Source: an uncultured bacterium
GTDB taxonomy: Bacteria > Fermentibacterota > Fermentibacteria > Fermentibacterales > Fermentibacteraceae
Assembly: GCA_964569245.1 (NCBI GenBank)
Contig: CAZMTK010000003.1
Location: forward strand, 58,485-122,484
DNA: 64,000 nt
Direction of reading: 5' to 3'
The position numbers and the translations under genes were made by a program. The notes beneath the pieces were generated by a model, which worked only from the letters and a program-made list of their open reading frames with translations, was not told the DNA's origin and did no database searches. Positions 1-9,681 of the stretch are shown here, in pieces (positions within the stretch are counted from its first letter, which is position 1; each line of letters begins with the position of its first letter).

Positions 1-1062
1 GAAGGTGACCCTCGAATCCCCGGGAGTGTAGGAGACCCGGGCGGAGAACAGCCTGTCGTCAGACACGTCGTAGACCTCGAAGACCTCGGGCACGCCCGGC
101 GAGGTCCTCTTCCTGTCGTTCCTGTCGAACGAGCGAGCAAGGGTGAACTCCAGGTCCAGGTCGTCCATCATGCTCCACAGGAGCCTGCCGGAGATCCCGC
201 GAGCCCTCTCCAGCCTGTCCCTGGGGTCGCCGGCGACCGTCGTGTCGGCCGGATTGTCCCAGTAGCGGTTGTTCCAGGACCAGTCTGTCGAGACCTGGAG
301 ACTGAGGTTCTCCATCAGCGCAGGGGTCGTGATCGTGAGGCTGTGGCTCCAGTCCTGCTCGCGATGGCTGTACTGGGAGTCGGCGTAGGACGTGAAAACC
401 CGCGTCGCTCCGGCTGTAGCCTCGAGGGAGCCCCCTTCGAACCCCTCGGGGAACAGGTAGGTCATCCGAAGCACCAGGTCGTCGCTTCCGGTGTCGAACT
501 GGCGCCCGAGCGTGCGGTGCTCTCCGAGCGAGAGGCTCGTGCTCAGCCTGCTGAACACGCTCCTGCTCAGGCTGACAGAGGCGTTCCTCACCCCGCCCTC
601 GTCGTGGCCGGAGACGGTCGAGTCCCCCGATACGTTCTCGTAGTCCAGGAAGTGCGAGCCCAGCCCGATCTCGGTGCTGATCCACTGCGCCGGGCGGAAC
701 CGGACCTCCCCGGTGGCGGTGTTGTCCACCTGGTCGAGTATCGTCTCGCCGAAACGCTCCTCAGTCTGGATCGTGCGTGCGAGACTGGTGGCGATCTCGA
801 CGGATCTCGAAGGGGTCCAGCTTATCCAGGCTCTTCCGCTGCGGTTGTCGAGGAACCTGTCGAGGTCGTCGCTCCTGTCGGCGGAGAAGGTGGTGTTCAC
901 GTTCATTGCGATCTCGCCGGAGAGCTGCTGGGTGAGGAAGAGCGTGTTCGTGAGCCTCCTGGTGTTCTTGTACTGGTCAAGCGCCAGCGAGTAGGTGAGG
1001 TCGTAGGCCGGGACCGGCGCAGCCAGGGCGGCGAGAGCCGCAGCGATCAGAAGCCGCTTCAC
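1..1062 (-). CDS. Hypothetical secreted/outer-membrane protein, partial (3' end runs off the window)
   Basis: Manual minus-strand translation from a GTG at 1062..1060 gives VKRLLIAAALAALAAPVPA..., a signal-peptide-like N-terminus, then a long Ser/Thr/Asp/aromatic-rich region suggestive of a beta-barrel. The GTG overlaps the ksgA stop (GTGA). The gene is absent from the ORF track because it is truncated at the window edge. Track ORFs 59..685 and 343..1329 in this region are Arg-rich and spurious. Confidence 0.45.
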   Translation of the reverse strand, partial: MKRLLIAAALAALAAPVPAYDLTYSLALDQYKNTRRLTNTLFLTQQLSGEIAMNVNTTFSADRSDDLDRFLDNRSGRAWISWTPSRSVEIATSLARTIQTEERFGETILDQVDNTATGEVRFRPAQWISTEIGLGSHFLDYENVSGDSTVSGHDEGGVRNASVSLSRSVFSRLSTSLSLGEHRTLGRQFDTGSDDLVLRMTYLFPEGFEGGSLEATAGATRVFTSYADSQYSHREQDWSHSLTITTPALMENLSLQVSTDWSWNNRYWDNPADTTVAGDPRDRLERARGISGRLLWSMMDDLDLEFTLARSFDRNDRKRTSPGVPEVFEVYDVSDDRLFSARVSYTPGDSRVTF

Positions 1063-1874
1063 GAGGTTTCCAGGGAGGCCAGGCGCGCGAATCCCTCGGG
1101 GGGCACCTGCTCCGCTCTCAGGCCGGGCTCTATGCCGGCCCGCCCCAGCAGACTCACCGCCTCCTCCCGCCCCGTCAGCGAGGCGAGGTTGTTCAGGATG
1201 GTCTTCCTCCTCGAGGCGAAGCACACCCGCACCAGCCTCCTGAATGCCTGGACCCTTCCCGGTGGCACCATCGGCTCGGGCCTCCTGTCCAGGACAATGA
1301 CCCTCGAACTCACCGCAGGCTGTGGATAGAAATCTCCGGGGCCGGCGTCAAGGAGCCTGGAGACGGTGAACTCCGGCCAGAGGAGCAGAGAGAGGCGCCC
1401 GTAATCCCGTCCGCCGGATATGCAGGAAGCCCTCGCGGCGACTTCGGTCTGGAGCATGAGAACCGCCCGCTCGACTCCGGAGAACTGCGGCCCCGAGATG
1501 GCTGACAGGACAGCGGAAGAGATGCCGTACGGCAGGTTTCCGGCCACGGTGTCGAAGGGGTATCCCGGCAGGGCCGAGGGGTTCGCCGCCAGAAAGTCGG
1601 CGTTTACTACGCTGATGCCGGGCCGGAGTATGCCCGACCCGAGGTAGGCGGCGAGCTGAGCGCTGATCTCGACTGCTGTCACGGACTCGCAGTGGCCCGC
1701 CAGGCGCCTCGTCAGGATGCCGAGGCCCGGTCCGATCTCGAGCGTGCTCCTCCCGCGCGATGCAGAGGCTATCCGCTCCGCCGCATCCTCGTTCAGCAGG
1801 AAGTGCTGCCCCAGGGATTTCGAGGGTGCCACGCCGATCCGGGAAAGGGTGTCGCGCACCTCGGCAGCGGTCAC
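1059..1874 (-). CDS. rsmA: 16S rRNA (adenine1518/1519-N6)-dimethyltransferase
   Basis: Motifs SLGQHFL (SAM-binding), GPGLGILT and GNLPY. The start is taken as GTG (residue V218 of track ORF 1059..2525), which overlaps the stop of the upstream TatD-rSAM gene (GTGA). The N-terminal part of the track ORF is an over-extension. Confidence 0.85.
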   Translation of the reverse strand: MTAAEVRDTLSRIGVAPSKSLGQHFLLNEDAAERIASASRGRSTLEIGPGLGILTRRLAGHCESVTAVEISAQLAAYLGSGILRPGISVVNADFLAANPSALPGYPFDTVAGNLPYGISSAVLSAISGPQFSGVERAVLMLQTEVAARASCISGGRDYGRLSLLLWPEFTVSRLLDAGPGDFYPQPAVSSRVIVLDRRPEPMVPPGRVQAFRRLVRVCFASRRKTILNNLASLTGREEAVSLLGRAGIEPGLRAEQVPPEGFARLASLETS

Positions 1875-3244
1875 ACCGCCCCCCTCTCCACAAGCAGGAG
1901 ACCCAGGGAGGATGCGAAGCGCCTGACGGCATCCATGTCGACCCCCGGCCAGCGGACGGCCGTCAGCCTCGCCTGGGCTCCGCTCGCAGCGATCCCGCGC
2001 ACGAACTCGATCAGGCTCTCCCACGAGCCGGGGATGGAGGGCCTGCAGACGCGTCCGTAGGAATCCTCGTCGTGGGCGTTGAGGCTGACGCTGACGGAGT
2101 CGAAGAGGCGGGCGAGCCTCAGGGCCCCGTCCATTCCCATCACGGCCCCGGCAAGGCCGTTCGTGTCGAGCCTCGTTCTCCAGCCGGCAGCTCGCGCCTG
2201 CAGCGCCGCTCGCTCCAGCAGGCCGGGGCGCATGGTCGGTTCGCCGTATCCGCAGAATACCAGTTCGTCGAAACCTGCGGGATCCAGGGCTCCGATCGAG
2301 CCAAGCACCAGCCTCTCGGGGGGATCCCCTCCATCGTGCCTGAGATGGTAGCCGCCGATGCCGGCCTTGAACCTCCTGACGCAGAAGGCGCAGTCGTTGG
2401 TGCACATCCCGGTAGGATTCACGTAGGCACGCCTTCCAAGGATGTAGACTGCAGCGGCCCGCCTCCACCTTCCGCGGAGGAACGCCCTGTCCGCATTCTC
2501 CCTCAGGGTCTCGGCGGTCTTCCATGAGGGCTCCTCGCGCGACTTGGCAAGGATCTCGGCAGTGAGAGGGACCATGGCCGGCTCGGATCTGCCGCCCCTG
2601 TGTATCCCGGGAGCCATGAACGGCGCGTCCGTCTCGGAGAGAAGCCGGTCCAGCGGCAGGGAGGCGGCCGTGCGCCTCAGCTCGTGGTTCGCTCTGTAGG
2701 TCACGGCCCCGGAAAACCCGAGGAAGTACCCCCTGTCAGCGGCCTCTCGGGCCTCCCTGGAGCCCCCGGTGTAGCAGTGGAGGACTACGGCGCCGGCATG
2801 GCCGTCGAGCATGGACAGCACCCGGGACTCGGCCATCCTGCTGTGGACCACCAGCGGCAGGCCGGTCGCCTCCGCCAGAGCCATGTGGCTCCGGAACAGC
2901 CGCTCCTGCTCCGCCAGAGGTCTTTCCTCCCGTTTCAGATCCAGTCCCGTCTCGCCTATCGCGCAAACTCCGGGCTCGAAGGCGAGGCGTCCGATCTCCT
3001 TCATGTCGTCCCCGCAGTGCTCCTCGCAGGGATGCAGCCCGACTGCAGCGGCGACAGCATCGCGGCTGCCTGCCAGCGAGACTGCCCTCCTGCTCGTCGC
3101 GAGGTCCGTGCCGGGCACGATGCAGAGGTCCACCCCCGAGCGGGACGCCCGCGCCAGCACAGCCTCCAGGTCGTCCGCGAACGAGTCGAAGCACAGGTGG
3201 CAGTGCGTGTCGGCGAAGCGGACTGAGGCGCCGGCCCCGGTCAT
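1871..3244 (-). CDS. tatD: TatD-family metal-dependent hydrolase fused to a small C-terminal radical SAM domain
   Basis: The N-terminal roughly 255 aa are TatD-like (FADTHCHL, HCY, ETDAPF). The C-terminal roughly 200 aa carry a radical SAM cluster motif, C-TND-C-AF-C (CxxxCxxC), and GYGEPT. It is a single uninterrupted ORF. Confidence 0.8.
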   Translation of the reverse strand: MTGAGASVRFADTHCHLCFDSFADDLEAVLARASRSGVDLCIVPGTDLATSRRAVSLAGSRDAVAAAVGLHPCEEHCGDDMKEIGRLAFEPGVCAIGETGLDLKREERPLAEQERLFRSHMALAEATGLPLVVHSRMAESRVLSMLDGHAGAVVLHCYTGGSREAREAADRGYFLGFSGAVTYRANHELRRTAASLPLDRLLSETDAPFMAPGIHRGGRSEPAMVPLTAEILAKSREEPSWKTAETLRENADRAFLRGRWRRAAAVYILGRRAYVNPTGMCTNDCAFCVRRFKAGIGGYHLRHDGGDPPERLVLGSIGALDPAGFDELVFCGYGEPTMRPGLLERAALQARAAGWRTRLDTNGLAGAVMGMDGALRLARLFDSVSVSLNAHDEDSYGRVCRPSIPGSWESLIEFVRGIAASGAQARLTAVRWPGVDMDAVRRFASSLGLLLVERGAV

Positions 3245-4491
3245 CTCCTGTGGATGATGTCGTCGCGCTCGGGGCCAGTCGAGATCATCCCGATCCTCGT
3301 CCCGGTGCGCTTCTCGAGGAACTCCACGTAGTCACGCGCCCTGGCGGGCAGGGACTCCCACCGCCTCTCGCCGGAGATGTCGGTCTTCCACCCCGGGAGG
3401 ACCTCGTAGACAGGCACGCATCTACCGAGGGTCCTCCCCACAGGGACCGCGTCCCTCGGCACCAGAGCGTACGAGGTGCACACGGGGATCTCGTCCAGCT
3501 CGTCAAGCACGTCGAGAAGTGTGAGCGCGACCATGTCGCACCCGTTTACGCCCGCCGCGTAGCGAGAGAGGACGGCGTCGAACCAGCCGCACCTGCGGGG
3601 GCGACCGGTCGCCCTTCCGTACTCCCGGCCCCTCTCGCGTATGCGGTCGCCTGTCTCGCCCGCGATCTCGGTGGGGAACGGGCCGGCCCCGACTCGCGTG
3701 GCATAGGCCTTCATCACGCCGACGACCTCCCCCACCAGGGACGGGCCGAAGCCCAGACTGACGCAGGCGGACCCCGCAACGCAGGATCCGCAGGTCACGA
3801 ACGGGTATGTCCCGTGGTCGGGATCGATGAGGGTTCCCTGGGCGCCCTCGGCGAGCACCGTTTCGCCCCTGGCAGCCAGCTCCGCTATGACGGGTCCGGT
3901 GTCGCGGGCTTGCTGCGCGAGCCTGAGGGCCGACTCGACGAACACGGCGGCCTCGGCCTCGAGGTCGAAGGCGGAATCCATGCCCGCGACCTCCTCGACC
4001 GCGGTCTTCGAGAGTCCCTCGAGGAGGGAGCGGTCGAGCGCATCCTCGAGCCTGATCCCCCTCCTCGCGTACTTCCTTGCGTATGCGGGCCCGATGCCGA
4101 AGCCTGTCGTGCCTATCGCCCCGGGCCCGCGCGACTTCTCGTCGTATCTCTCCAGCACCCTGTAGGCGGGGTGGACGAGATGCGCCCGCGGGGACAGCAG
4201 GAGCCTCGACAGCATGTCGGAGCCCCGTTCTCCCAGGGCTTCGGCCTCGGCACAGAGCGCGGCCGGGTCGATCACGCATCCGGCTCCGACAAGGCCGAGG
4301 ACTCCATCGCGGAGGAGCCCTGTCGGGAGCTGATGGAGCACCAGGGTCTCCCCCCCGATGACGACCGTGTGCCCGGCGTTGGCGCCGCCGGAGAAGCGCG
4401 CCACTGCTGCGGCGCCCTCTCCCAGGAGATCGACCACACGGCCCTTCCCCTCGTCCCCCCAGCCGAGCCCGACTACTATGCGAACCGCCAC
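3241..4491 (-). CDS. purA: Adenylosuccinate synthetase
   Basis: GDEGKGR P-loop, GANAGHTV, TTGRGIGP-like motifs, full length (416 aa). Confidence 0.9.
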   Translation of the reverse strand: MAVRIVVGLGWGDEGKGRVVDLLGEGAAAVARFSGGANAGHTVVIGGETLVLHQLPTGLLRDGVLGLVGAGCVIDPAALCAEAEALGERGSDMLSRLLLSPRAHLVHPAYRVLERYDEKSRGPGAIGTTGFGIGPAYARKYARRGIRLEDALDRSLLEGLSKTAVEEVAGMDSAFDLEAEAAVFVESALRLAQQARDTGPVIAELAARGETVLAEGAQGTLIDPDHGTYPFVTCGSCVAGSACVSLGFGPSLVGEVVGVMKAYATRVGAGPFPTEIAGETGDRIRERGREYGRATGRPRRCGWFDAVLSRYAAGVNGCDMVALTLLDVLDELDEIPVCTSYALVPRDAVPVGRTLGRCVPVYEVLPGWKTDISGERRWESLPARARDYVEFLEKRTGTRIGMISTGPERDDIIHRR

Positions 4492-4503
4492 CTGGCCACT
4501 CTC

Positions 4504-5088
4504 CTATCGCGGGCTTTCGCCCTTGCCGAGCGCCGTCTTCAAGATCCACCTTCTGAGAGGGTCCATGCCCTCGCCTGTCCTGCAGGACACGGCCATCACG
4601 GGACCCAGCGACCCGGCCGAGGCCATGGAGCACGCCAGCTTGGCTCGGCCTGTCTTGTCCGACTTGTTGAGCACCACCAGGAACTCCCTGCCGGACTCGC
4701 GCAGCGCCTGTGCCGCCCCGGCGTCGCTCTCGAGCGAGGGATGTCTCGCATCCACCACGAGCACCACGCCCGTCAGCACCCTGCGCGTAGAGAGATACTC
4801 GCCGATCCACAGGGGCCAGCGCCTCCTGTCCTCCGCCGGAGCCTCTGCATATCCGTATCCCGGGAGATCCACGAGGACGAATCCCTCCTCTGCCCGGTAG
4901 AGGTTGAACATCCTCGTGCATCCCGGGCGCTGGCTCGTGCGCGCGGGGCTGCCTGCGGAGAGCCCGTTGATGATGGAGGACTTGCCCACGTTGGACCTCC
5001 CGGCAAGGCATATCTCCGGCAGGCCGCAGGGCGGCAGGCCCGAGGGGCCGGGGACCGACGCGACGAAGGAGAGCGAGAGGGGCCTCAT
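4504..5088 (-). CDS. engB: Ribosome biogenesis GTP-binding protein EngB/YsxC
   Basis: G1 motif GRSNVGKSS, DLPGYGY (G3), NKSDK (G4). About 194 aa, typical size. Confidence 0.8.
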   Translation of the reverse strand: MRPLSLSFVASVPGPSGLPPCGLPEICLAGRSNVGKSSIINGLSAGSPARTSQRPGCTRMFNLYRAEEGFVLVDLPGYGYAEAPAEDRRRWPLWIGEYLSTRRVLTGVVLVVDARHPSLESDAGAAQALRESGREFLVVLNKSDKTGRAKLACSMASAGSLGPVMAVSCRTGEGMDPLRRWILKTALGKGESPR

Positions 5089-6353
5089 CAGACGGCTTCT
5101 GCGGTGCGTCTTCTCCTGCGGCTCCTGCGGACTCTCATGGGCTCCTCGGCCCCCGTCACGCAGCCGGGAGTGACCACAACCTTCTCCACCCCGGCCTTGT
5201 CCGAGGGAAGGCTGTACATGGTCTCGAGAAGGATGCGCTCCATGATGGCCCTGAGCCCCCTGGCTCCGCTCTTTGTCTTGCGCGCCTCCCTTGCTATCTC
5301 GAGGAGCGCGTCACGTCCGACCTCCAGAGCCGTTCCCTCCAGCCTGAAGAAGTACTCGAACTGCTTCAGAAGGGCGTTTCGCGGCTCCGTGAGGACTCTG
5401 ACGAGGTCGTCTTCGGACAGGTCGTCCAGGGTGACCAGGACGGGCAGCCGGCCGACCAGCTCGGGGATGATCCCGTAGCGCACGAGGTCGTGCGGCTCCA
5501 CCCTGCGGATGAGCTCGGACTTCGAAGGCCTCTCGCCCGAGGGCGAGGCGGAGGACCCCGTGAAGCCGATGGAGCCGGTCGAGATCCGCCGGGCGATTAT
5601 CTCCTCCAGACCGTGGAAGGCCCCGCCGCAGATGAACAGGATGTTGCGCGTATCCACCGGGATGTTCTCCTGATAGGGGTGCTTCCTGCCCCCCTGGGGA
5701 GGTACGCTGGCCACGGTGCCCTCGAGGATCTTGAGCAGAGCCTGCTGCACTCCCTCGCCGGAGACGTCGCGCGTGATGGAGGGGTTCTCGGACTTGCGGG
5801 AGATCTTGTCGATCTCGTCTATGTAGATGATCCCCTGCTGGGCCCTCTCCACGTCCATTCCGGTCACGTGCAGGAGGCGGAGGAGTATGTTCTCCACGTC
5901 CTCTCCCACGTAGCCGGCCTCGGTGAGCGTCGTGGCGTCGGCTATGGCGAACGGGACATCAAGTATGCGCGCGAGGGTCCGTGCCAGGAGAGTCTTGCCG
6001 ACTCCGGTGGGGCCGACCAGGAGGATGTTGCTCTTGTCTATCTCGACGCCGGCGGTTTCGTCCGAGCCGGCCCTGAGACGCTTGTAGTGATTGTACACGG
6101 CTACGGATAGCACCCTCTTCGCCCTGTCCTGCCCTATCACGTACTCGTCGAGCTTCCTCTTGATCTCGTCGGGACGGGGAAGGGGCCCAGCCGATGGAAG
6201 GGGCCTGTCGGGCGCGGAGGGAGGCCTCTCGGAGATGAGCTCGTGGCAGTATCGGACGCACTCGTCGCAGATGCTCACTCCCGGGCCCTGTATGATGCGG
6301 CCGACCTCGGAGGAGGACCTGTTGCAGAAGGAGCACCTGCCCGTCCTCGACAT
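5088..6353 (-). CDS. clpX: ATP-dependent Clp protease ATP-binding subunit ClpX
   Basis: N-terminal zinc-binding CSFC...CDEC, Walker A GPTGVGKT, Walker [10 protein letters not shown], sensor motifs. Adjacent to clpP. Confidence 0.95.
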   Translation of the reverse strand: MSRTGRCSFCNRSSSEVGRIIQGPGVSICDECVRYCHELISERPPSAPDRPLPSAGPLPRPDEIKRKLDEYVIGQDRAKRVLSVAVYNHYKRLRAGSDETAGVEIDKSNILLVGPTGVGKTLLARTLARILDVPFAIADATTLTEAGYVGEDVENILLRLLHVTGMDVERAQQGIIYIDEIDKISRKSENPSITRDVSGEGVQQALLKILEGTVASVPPQGGRKHPYQENIPVDTRNILFICGGAFHGLEEIIARRISTGSIGFTGSSASPSGERPSKSELIRRVEPHDLVRYGIIPELVGRLPVLVTLDDLSEDDLVRVLTEPRNALLKQFEYFFRLEGTALEVGRDALLEIAREARKTKSGARGLRAIMERILLETMYSLPSDKAGVEKVVVTPGCVTGAEEPMRVRRSRRRRRTAEAV

Positions 6354-6355
6354 CG

Positions 6356-6940
6356 CTATCTCCTGGCCGAGAGGATGCTGTCCACCAGGCCGTAGGACAC
6401 CGCTTCGCGGGCGTCCATCCAGTAGTTCCGGTCCGTGTCCTCTTCGATCTTCTCTACGGTCTGCCCGGTGTTCAGCGCCAGGAGCTCGTTGAGCTCCCTG
6501 CGCAGCTTCAGAATCTCCCTGGCCTCTATCTCGATGTCGCTTGCGGGCCCCTGGACGCCGCCCATCGGCTGGTGGATCATGACCCTCGCGTGCGGCAGGA
6601 TGTTCCTCTTGCCCCTCGCACCCGCCGAGAGCAGCAGGGCAGCCATGCTGGCCGCGGAGCCCAGGCAGAAGGTCGCCACATCCGGCTGGATGAACCTCAT
6701 GGTGTCGTAGATGGCCAGACCTGCCGAGACTATTCCGCCGGGGCTGTTGATGTACATGCTGATGTCGCGCTCGGGGTCCTCCCCGGCGAGGAAGAGGAGC
6801 TGGGCAACGATGACGCTCGCGCTGGAGTTGTTGATCACGTCTCCGACGAAGACGATCCTCTCCTTCAGCAGCCTGGAGTAGATGTCGTAGGAGCGCTCGG
6901 TGTTTCCGACCCGCTCAACGACGAACGGGATTATCGACAT
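6356..6940 (-). CDS. clpP: ATP-dependent Clp protease proteolytic subunit ClpP
   Basis: Catalytic Ser context GSAASMAA, His in MIHQP, 194 aa. Conserved tig-clpP-clpX synteny. Confidence 0.95.
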   Translation of the reverse strand: MSIIPFVVERVGNTERSYDIYSRLLKERIVFVGDVINNSSASVIVAQLLFLAGEDPERDISMYINSPGGIVSAGLAIYDTMRFIQPDVATFCLGSAASMAALLLSAGARGKRNILPHARVMIHQPMGGVQGPASDIEIEAREILKLRRELNELLALNTGQTVEKIEEDTDRNYWMDAREAVSYGLVDSILSARR

Positions 6941-6943
6941 CGC

Positions 6944-8218
6944 TCAGCCCTGCCTTTCGACAGCCCCGCCTTCCGGAGACGGGATCCTCCTCCATGTCCA
7001 CGCCGGCCTCCCTTCGGGAGGCTGGGAGCCCTCTGCAGGGACGGGCTCGGTCTCGGTGACCGCAGCCCTGTCGAGCAGGAACTTCAGAGCCTTGCGGTTC
7101 CTGAGCCGGTCGAGAGCCGACGACCTCGAGCCGGTCTTCCCCGCCTCCTCGGATAGATCAGCCTCTTCGGGCTCGAGCCCCTCCTTGAGCGCTACCGCCC
7201 TCAGGATCAGGAACTCCCTGACCTTCCTTCTGGCGACCTCTCCGGCGAAGGCCCTGCTCTCCTCGTCGGGCTCGCGCTCGAGATCCCTTATCAGATCCCC
7301 CTTCAGGTTCTCTATCATGTACGCCGGGGGCTCGAAAGGGTTCCTGTCCAGCACAAGGGTCATGACCTGCGACTCGATCAGTTCGGCCCTCTCTGCTTCG
7401 TACCTCAGCCTTATCCTCTCCCGCAGGTTCTCCCTCAGCTCGGCGACCGTAGAGAATCTGCTCACCTTCGAGGCAAGCTCGTCCGTCAGCTCCGGCAGCA
7501 CGGGCTCCCTCACCTGGACCAGAGTGAAGACGGTCGGCCTGCCCGTCTCGGGGGCTTCCCCGGAGGCCGGCGGGTCGGCAGGCTCGGTCCTGGCCGTGAA
7601 GGAGTCGCCCTTCGACAGGCCGACGAAAAGGTCGTCCAGGCCTGCCCCGAGACCGTCGTCGCCGAGGCGCAGCGCCATGTGCTCCGGCTCCCTCGTGCCG
7701 GCGTCCTCGGCCCTGACCGCGTCGATGAGGACCATGTCTCCCTGTCGCGCGGGGCGGTCGACCGCCTCGAAGCCCGTCAAGCGCTCCCTTATCGAATGGA
7801 GCGCCGCCTCCAGTGACTTCTCCTCGTCGAGCCGCGGGATCCTGACCTCGAAGGATTCGTAGCCGGTCGGCTCCGGGGTCTCGAAGAGGTCGAAGGTGAT
7901 CTCGAAGCTGTACCCGGAACCCTCGGCGGGCAGGGCGTCGTCGGGCACCGGGATGCCTGCCAGGATCCAGTCGCGCTCCTCCAGCAGGCTGTTCTGCATC
8001 CGCTCCCTCATCTCCTCGGCCACCTCGGTCCTTATGAGGTTGCCGAACCTGCTGTCGAGCATCGATCTCGGGACGTGCCCCGGGCGGAAGCCGGGGATCC
8101 TGAGCTCGCTGTTGATGCGCTTCCTTATCTTCCGGAACAGCTCGTCCACGTCCCCGGCATCCGCCGTGAAGCGGATCGTCCTCCGGGTCCCCTCTTCCTT
8201 CACAAGCTCGTATGCCAT
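6944..8218 (-). CDS. tig: Trigger factor
   Basis: [10 protein letters not shown]...FRPGHVP (ribosome-binding GFRxGxxP motif). The start is taken at M23 of track ORF 6944..8284; the upstream extension would run into the tRNA. Confidence 0.9.
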   Translation of the reverse strand: MAYELVKEEGTRRTIRFTADAGDVDELFRKIRKRINSELRIPGFRPGHVPRSMLDSRFGNLIRTEVAEEMRERMQNSLLEERDWILAGIPVPDDALPAEGSGYSFEITFDLFETPEPTGYESFEVRIPRLDEEKSLEAALHSIRERLTGFEAVDRPARQGDMVLIDAVRAEDAGTREPEHMALRLGDDGLGAGLDDLFVGLSKGDSFTARTEPADPPASGEAPETGRPTVFTLVQVREPVLPELTDELASKVSRFSTVAELRENLRERIRLRYEAERAELIESQVMTLVLDRNPFEPPAYMIENLKGDLIRDLEREPDEESRAFAGEVARRKVREFLILRAVALKEGLEPEEADLSEEAGKTGSRSSALDRLRNRKALKFLLDRAAVTETEPVPAEGSQPPEGRPAWTWRRIPSPEGGAVERQG

Positions 8219-8242
8219 TCTGTCGGACTCCCCAGGCTGCAT

Positions 8243-8327
8243 TGGTGCGAGAGGGGGGATTCGAACCCCCACAGGTTTCCCCACCAGGTCCTAAGCCTGG
8301 CGCGTCTGCCAGTTCCGCCACTCTCGC
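8243..8327 (-). tRNA. tRNA-Leu (anticodon TAG), 85 nt with a long variable arm
   Basis: Reverse complement reads GCGAGAG-TGGCGGAACTGGCAGACGC-GCCAGG-CTTAGGA-CCTGG-TGGGGAAACCTGTGGGG-GTTCGAATCCCCC-CTCTCGC-ACCA. Features are a 7-bp acceptor stem, a T-loop GTTCGAATC, anticodon loop CT-TAG-GA, and CCA encoded. Confidence 0.85.
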
Positions 8328-8440
8328 TCTCGTGGGACTGATTCGATCAGCCCGGGATTATGCCTCCGCCGGGCCGGCCGGTAAAGAAGGCGCGGCGGGC
8401 GGAAGGAGGCCCTTCCGCCTTGCAGCATGCGGCGGGGAAC

Positions 8441-9130
8441 TCAGCGCACCCCCAGCGAAACCCTGGCCAGACCGGCCTCCTCGGAGCCCGGATAGTCTTC
8501 TATGAGCTCCTGCAGGATGCGGTCCCTGTCGGCCCCGGCGCCGTGAGCTGCGTAGATGGCCGCCGCCCTCGAAAGGGCGGCCGGAGCCCTCTCTGATTCC
8601 GGGAACATCAGTCTTAGGGCCACCAGCTCCTCGATCGCCTTGTGGGCCTGGCCCAGAGCCTCATGGCAGAGTGCCGCGAAGTAGAGCGCATCGTCCGCGA
8701 GCGAACCCGAGCCCGGGTCTTCGAAGACCTCCAGGAACCCCATGGAGGCCGTTCCGTAGTCTCTCTGCTGGTACTGCTGATAGGCCTCGTCGTAGATCAC
8801 CCTCGCACCTGCGCTCACGGCGGTGTCGGCCGCAGAGGGTCTGGCCTGCGTTCCGCCGCCCATTCGGCGCAGCAGCTGCTCCATCTCGTCGGTGAGCGCC
8901 GACAGCTGCTCGACGAGCTCCGCCGTTCTGGAGCCCGACTGCGCCTGCAGGCTGCGCAGGAGGGTCTCTGCAGTGGCGGCCTTTGCACGCAGGGAGTCCA
9001 CGCCTGCCTGCAGATCCGCCTGACCCGCCTCCATGCGCTCGACCCTCCCGGGCATGTCCACGAACTTCCCGCCCCAGCATGCGCAGAACAGGGCGAGGGC
9101 CAGGGGCGCGAGGAGCCTCGACCGGTCCAT
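8441..9130 (-). CDS. cpoB: Tol-Pal system protein CpoB/YbgF (coiled-coil plus TPR)
   Basis: Signal/TM N-terminus (LLAPLALALFCACW), a coiled-coil region, C-terminal TPR-like repeats, and position immediately after pal. The start is taken at M41 of the track ORF (ATG 9130), 1 nt after the pal stop. Confidence 0.6.
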   Translation of the reverse strand: MDRSRLLAPLALALFCACWGGKFVDMPGRVERMEAGQADLQAGVDSLRAKAATAETLLRSLQAQSGSRTAELVEQLSALTDEMEQLLRRMGGGTQARPSAADTAVSAGARVIYDEAYQQYQQRDYGTASMGFLEVFEDPGSGSLADDALYFAALCHEALGQAHKAIEELVALRLMFPESERAPAALSRAAAIYAAHGAGADRDRILQELIEDYPGSEEAGLARVSLGVR

Positions 9131-9131
9131 G

Positions 9132-9665
9132 CTACTGCGGGAGCACCCGGAAGTGCGCGCGTCTGTTCTGGGACCAGGCGTACTCGTCGGAGCCGATGAC
9201 GAAGGGCCTTTCCTTTCCGTAGCTGACGTACTGGAGACGGGAAGGCGCAATGCCGTAGTTCACGAGGTAGTTGTATGCGGCGAGGGCCCGTCTCTCTCCG
9301 AGTGCGAGGTTGTAGTCGATGGTGCCGCGCTCGTCGCAGTGGCCCTCCACCAGGACTTTGAAGCCGGTGTGGGCCATGATGTAGGCGGCGTCGTACATCA
9401 GGTTGTCCAGAGCCTCCTGGTCGAGGTCGCTGGAGTCGTAGTCGAAGAAGACGTCCCTCAGAGCCTGCTGGTGGATCTCGAGCCCGGTGAGCGACGAGCC
9501 CAGGGTGTCTGTCTCCCACATGCCGACCGTGCTGTCAGGGTTGAACACGAGCGTGCTGTCGGAGCCGTCTGCACCTGTATCCCTTCTGCATCCGGCCGTC
9601 CCGGCGACAACCGCCAGGCACAGGGCGACAACGAGCGTCAGCGTGAGCCTCTTCATCGTGTTCAT
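9132..9665 (-). CDS. pal: Peptidoglycan-associated lipoprotein Pal (OmpA-like domain)
   Basis: Lipobox VAGTAGC, OmpA-like C-terminal domain motifs ([19 protein letters not shown]). Confidence 0.85.
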   Translation of the reverse strand: MNTMKRLTLTLVVALCLAVVAGTAGCRRDTGADGSDSTLVFNPDSTVGMWETDTLGSSLTGLEIHQQALRDVFFDYDSSDLDQEALDNLMYDAAYIMAHTGFKVLVEGHCDERGTIDYNLALGERRALAAYNYLVNYGIAPSRLQYVSYGKERPFVIGSDEYAWSQNRRAHFRVLPQ

Positions 9666-9681
9666 CCTCCTCTCCTCCTCA

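Noticed and set aside
59-1329. Track ORFs 59..685 (-) and 343..1329 (+) at the left edge
   Set aside because: Both are Arg-rich nonsense. A different minus-strand frame encodes a convincing signal-peptide protein that starts at GTG 1062 and is GTGA-coupled to rsmA.
3250-5478. 742-aa + strand ORF, with the overlapping 502-aa - strand ORF at 3503..5011
   Set aside because: The 742-aa ORF is antisense to purA, engB and clpX, which carry strong conserved motifs, and the 502-aa ORF is on the same strand as them but in a wrong, overlapping reading frame. Both translations are Arg/Gly/Pro-rich with low complexity, typical of spurious frames in high-GC DNA.
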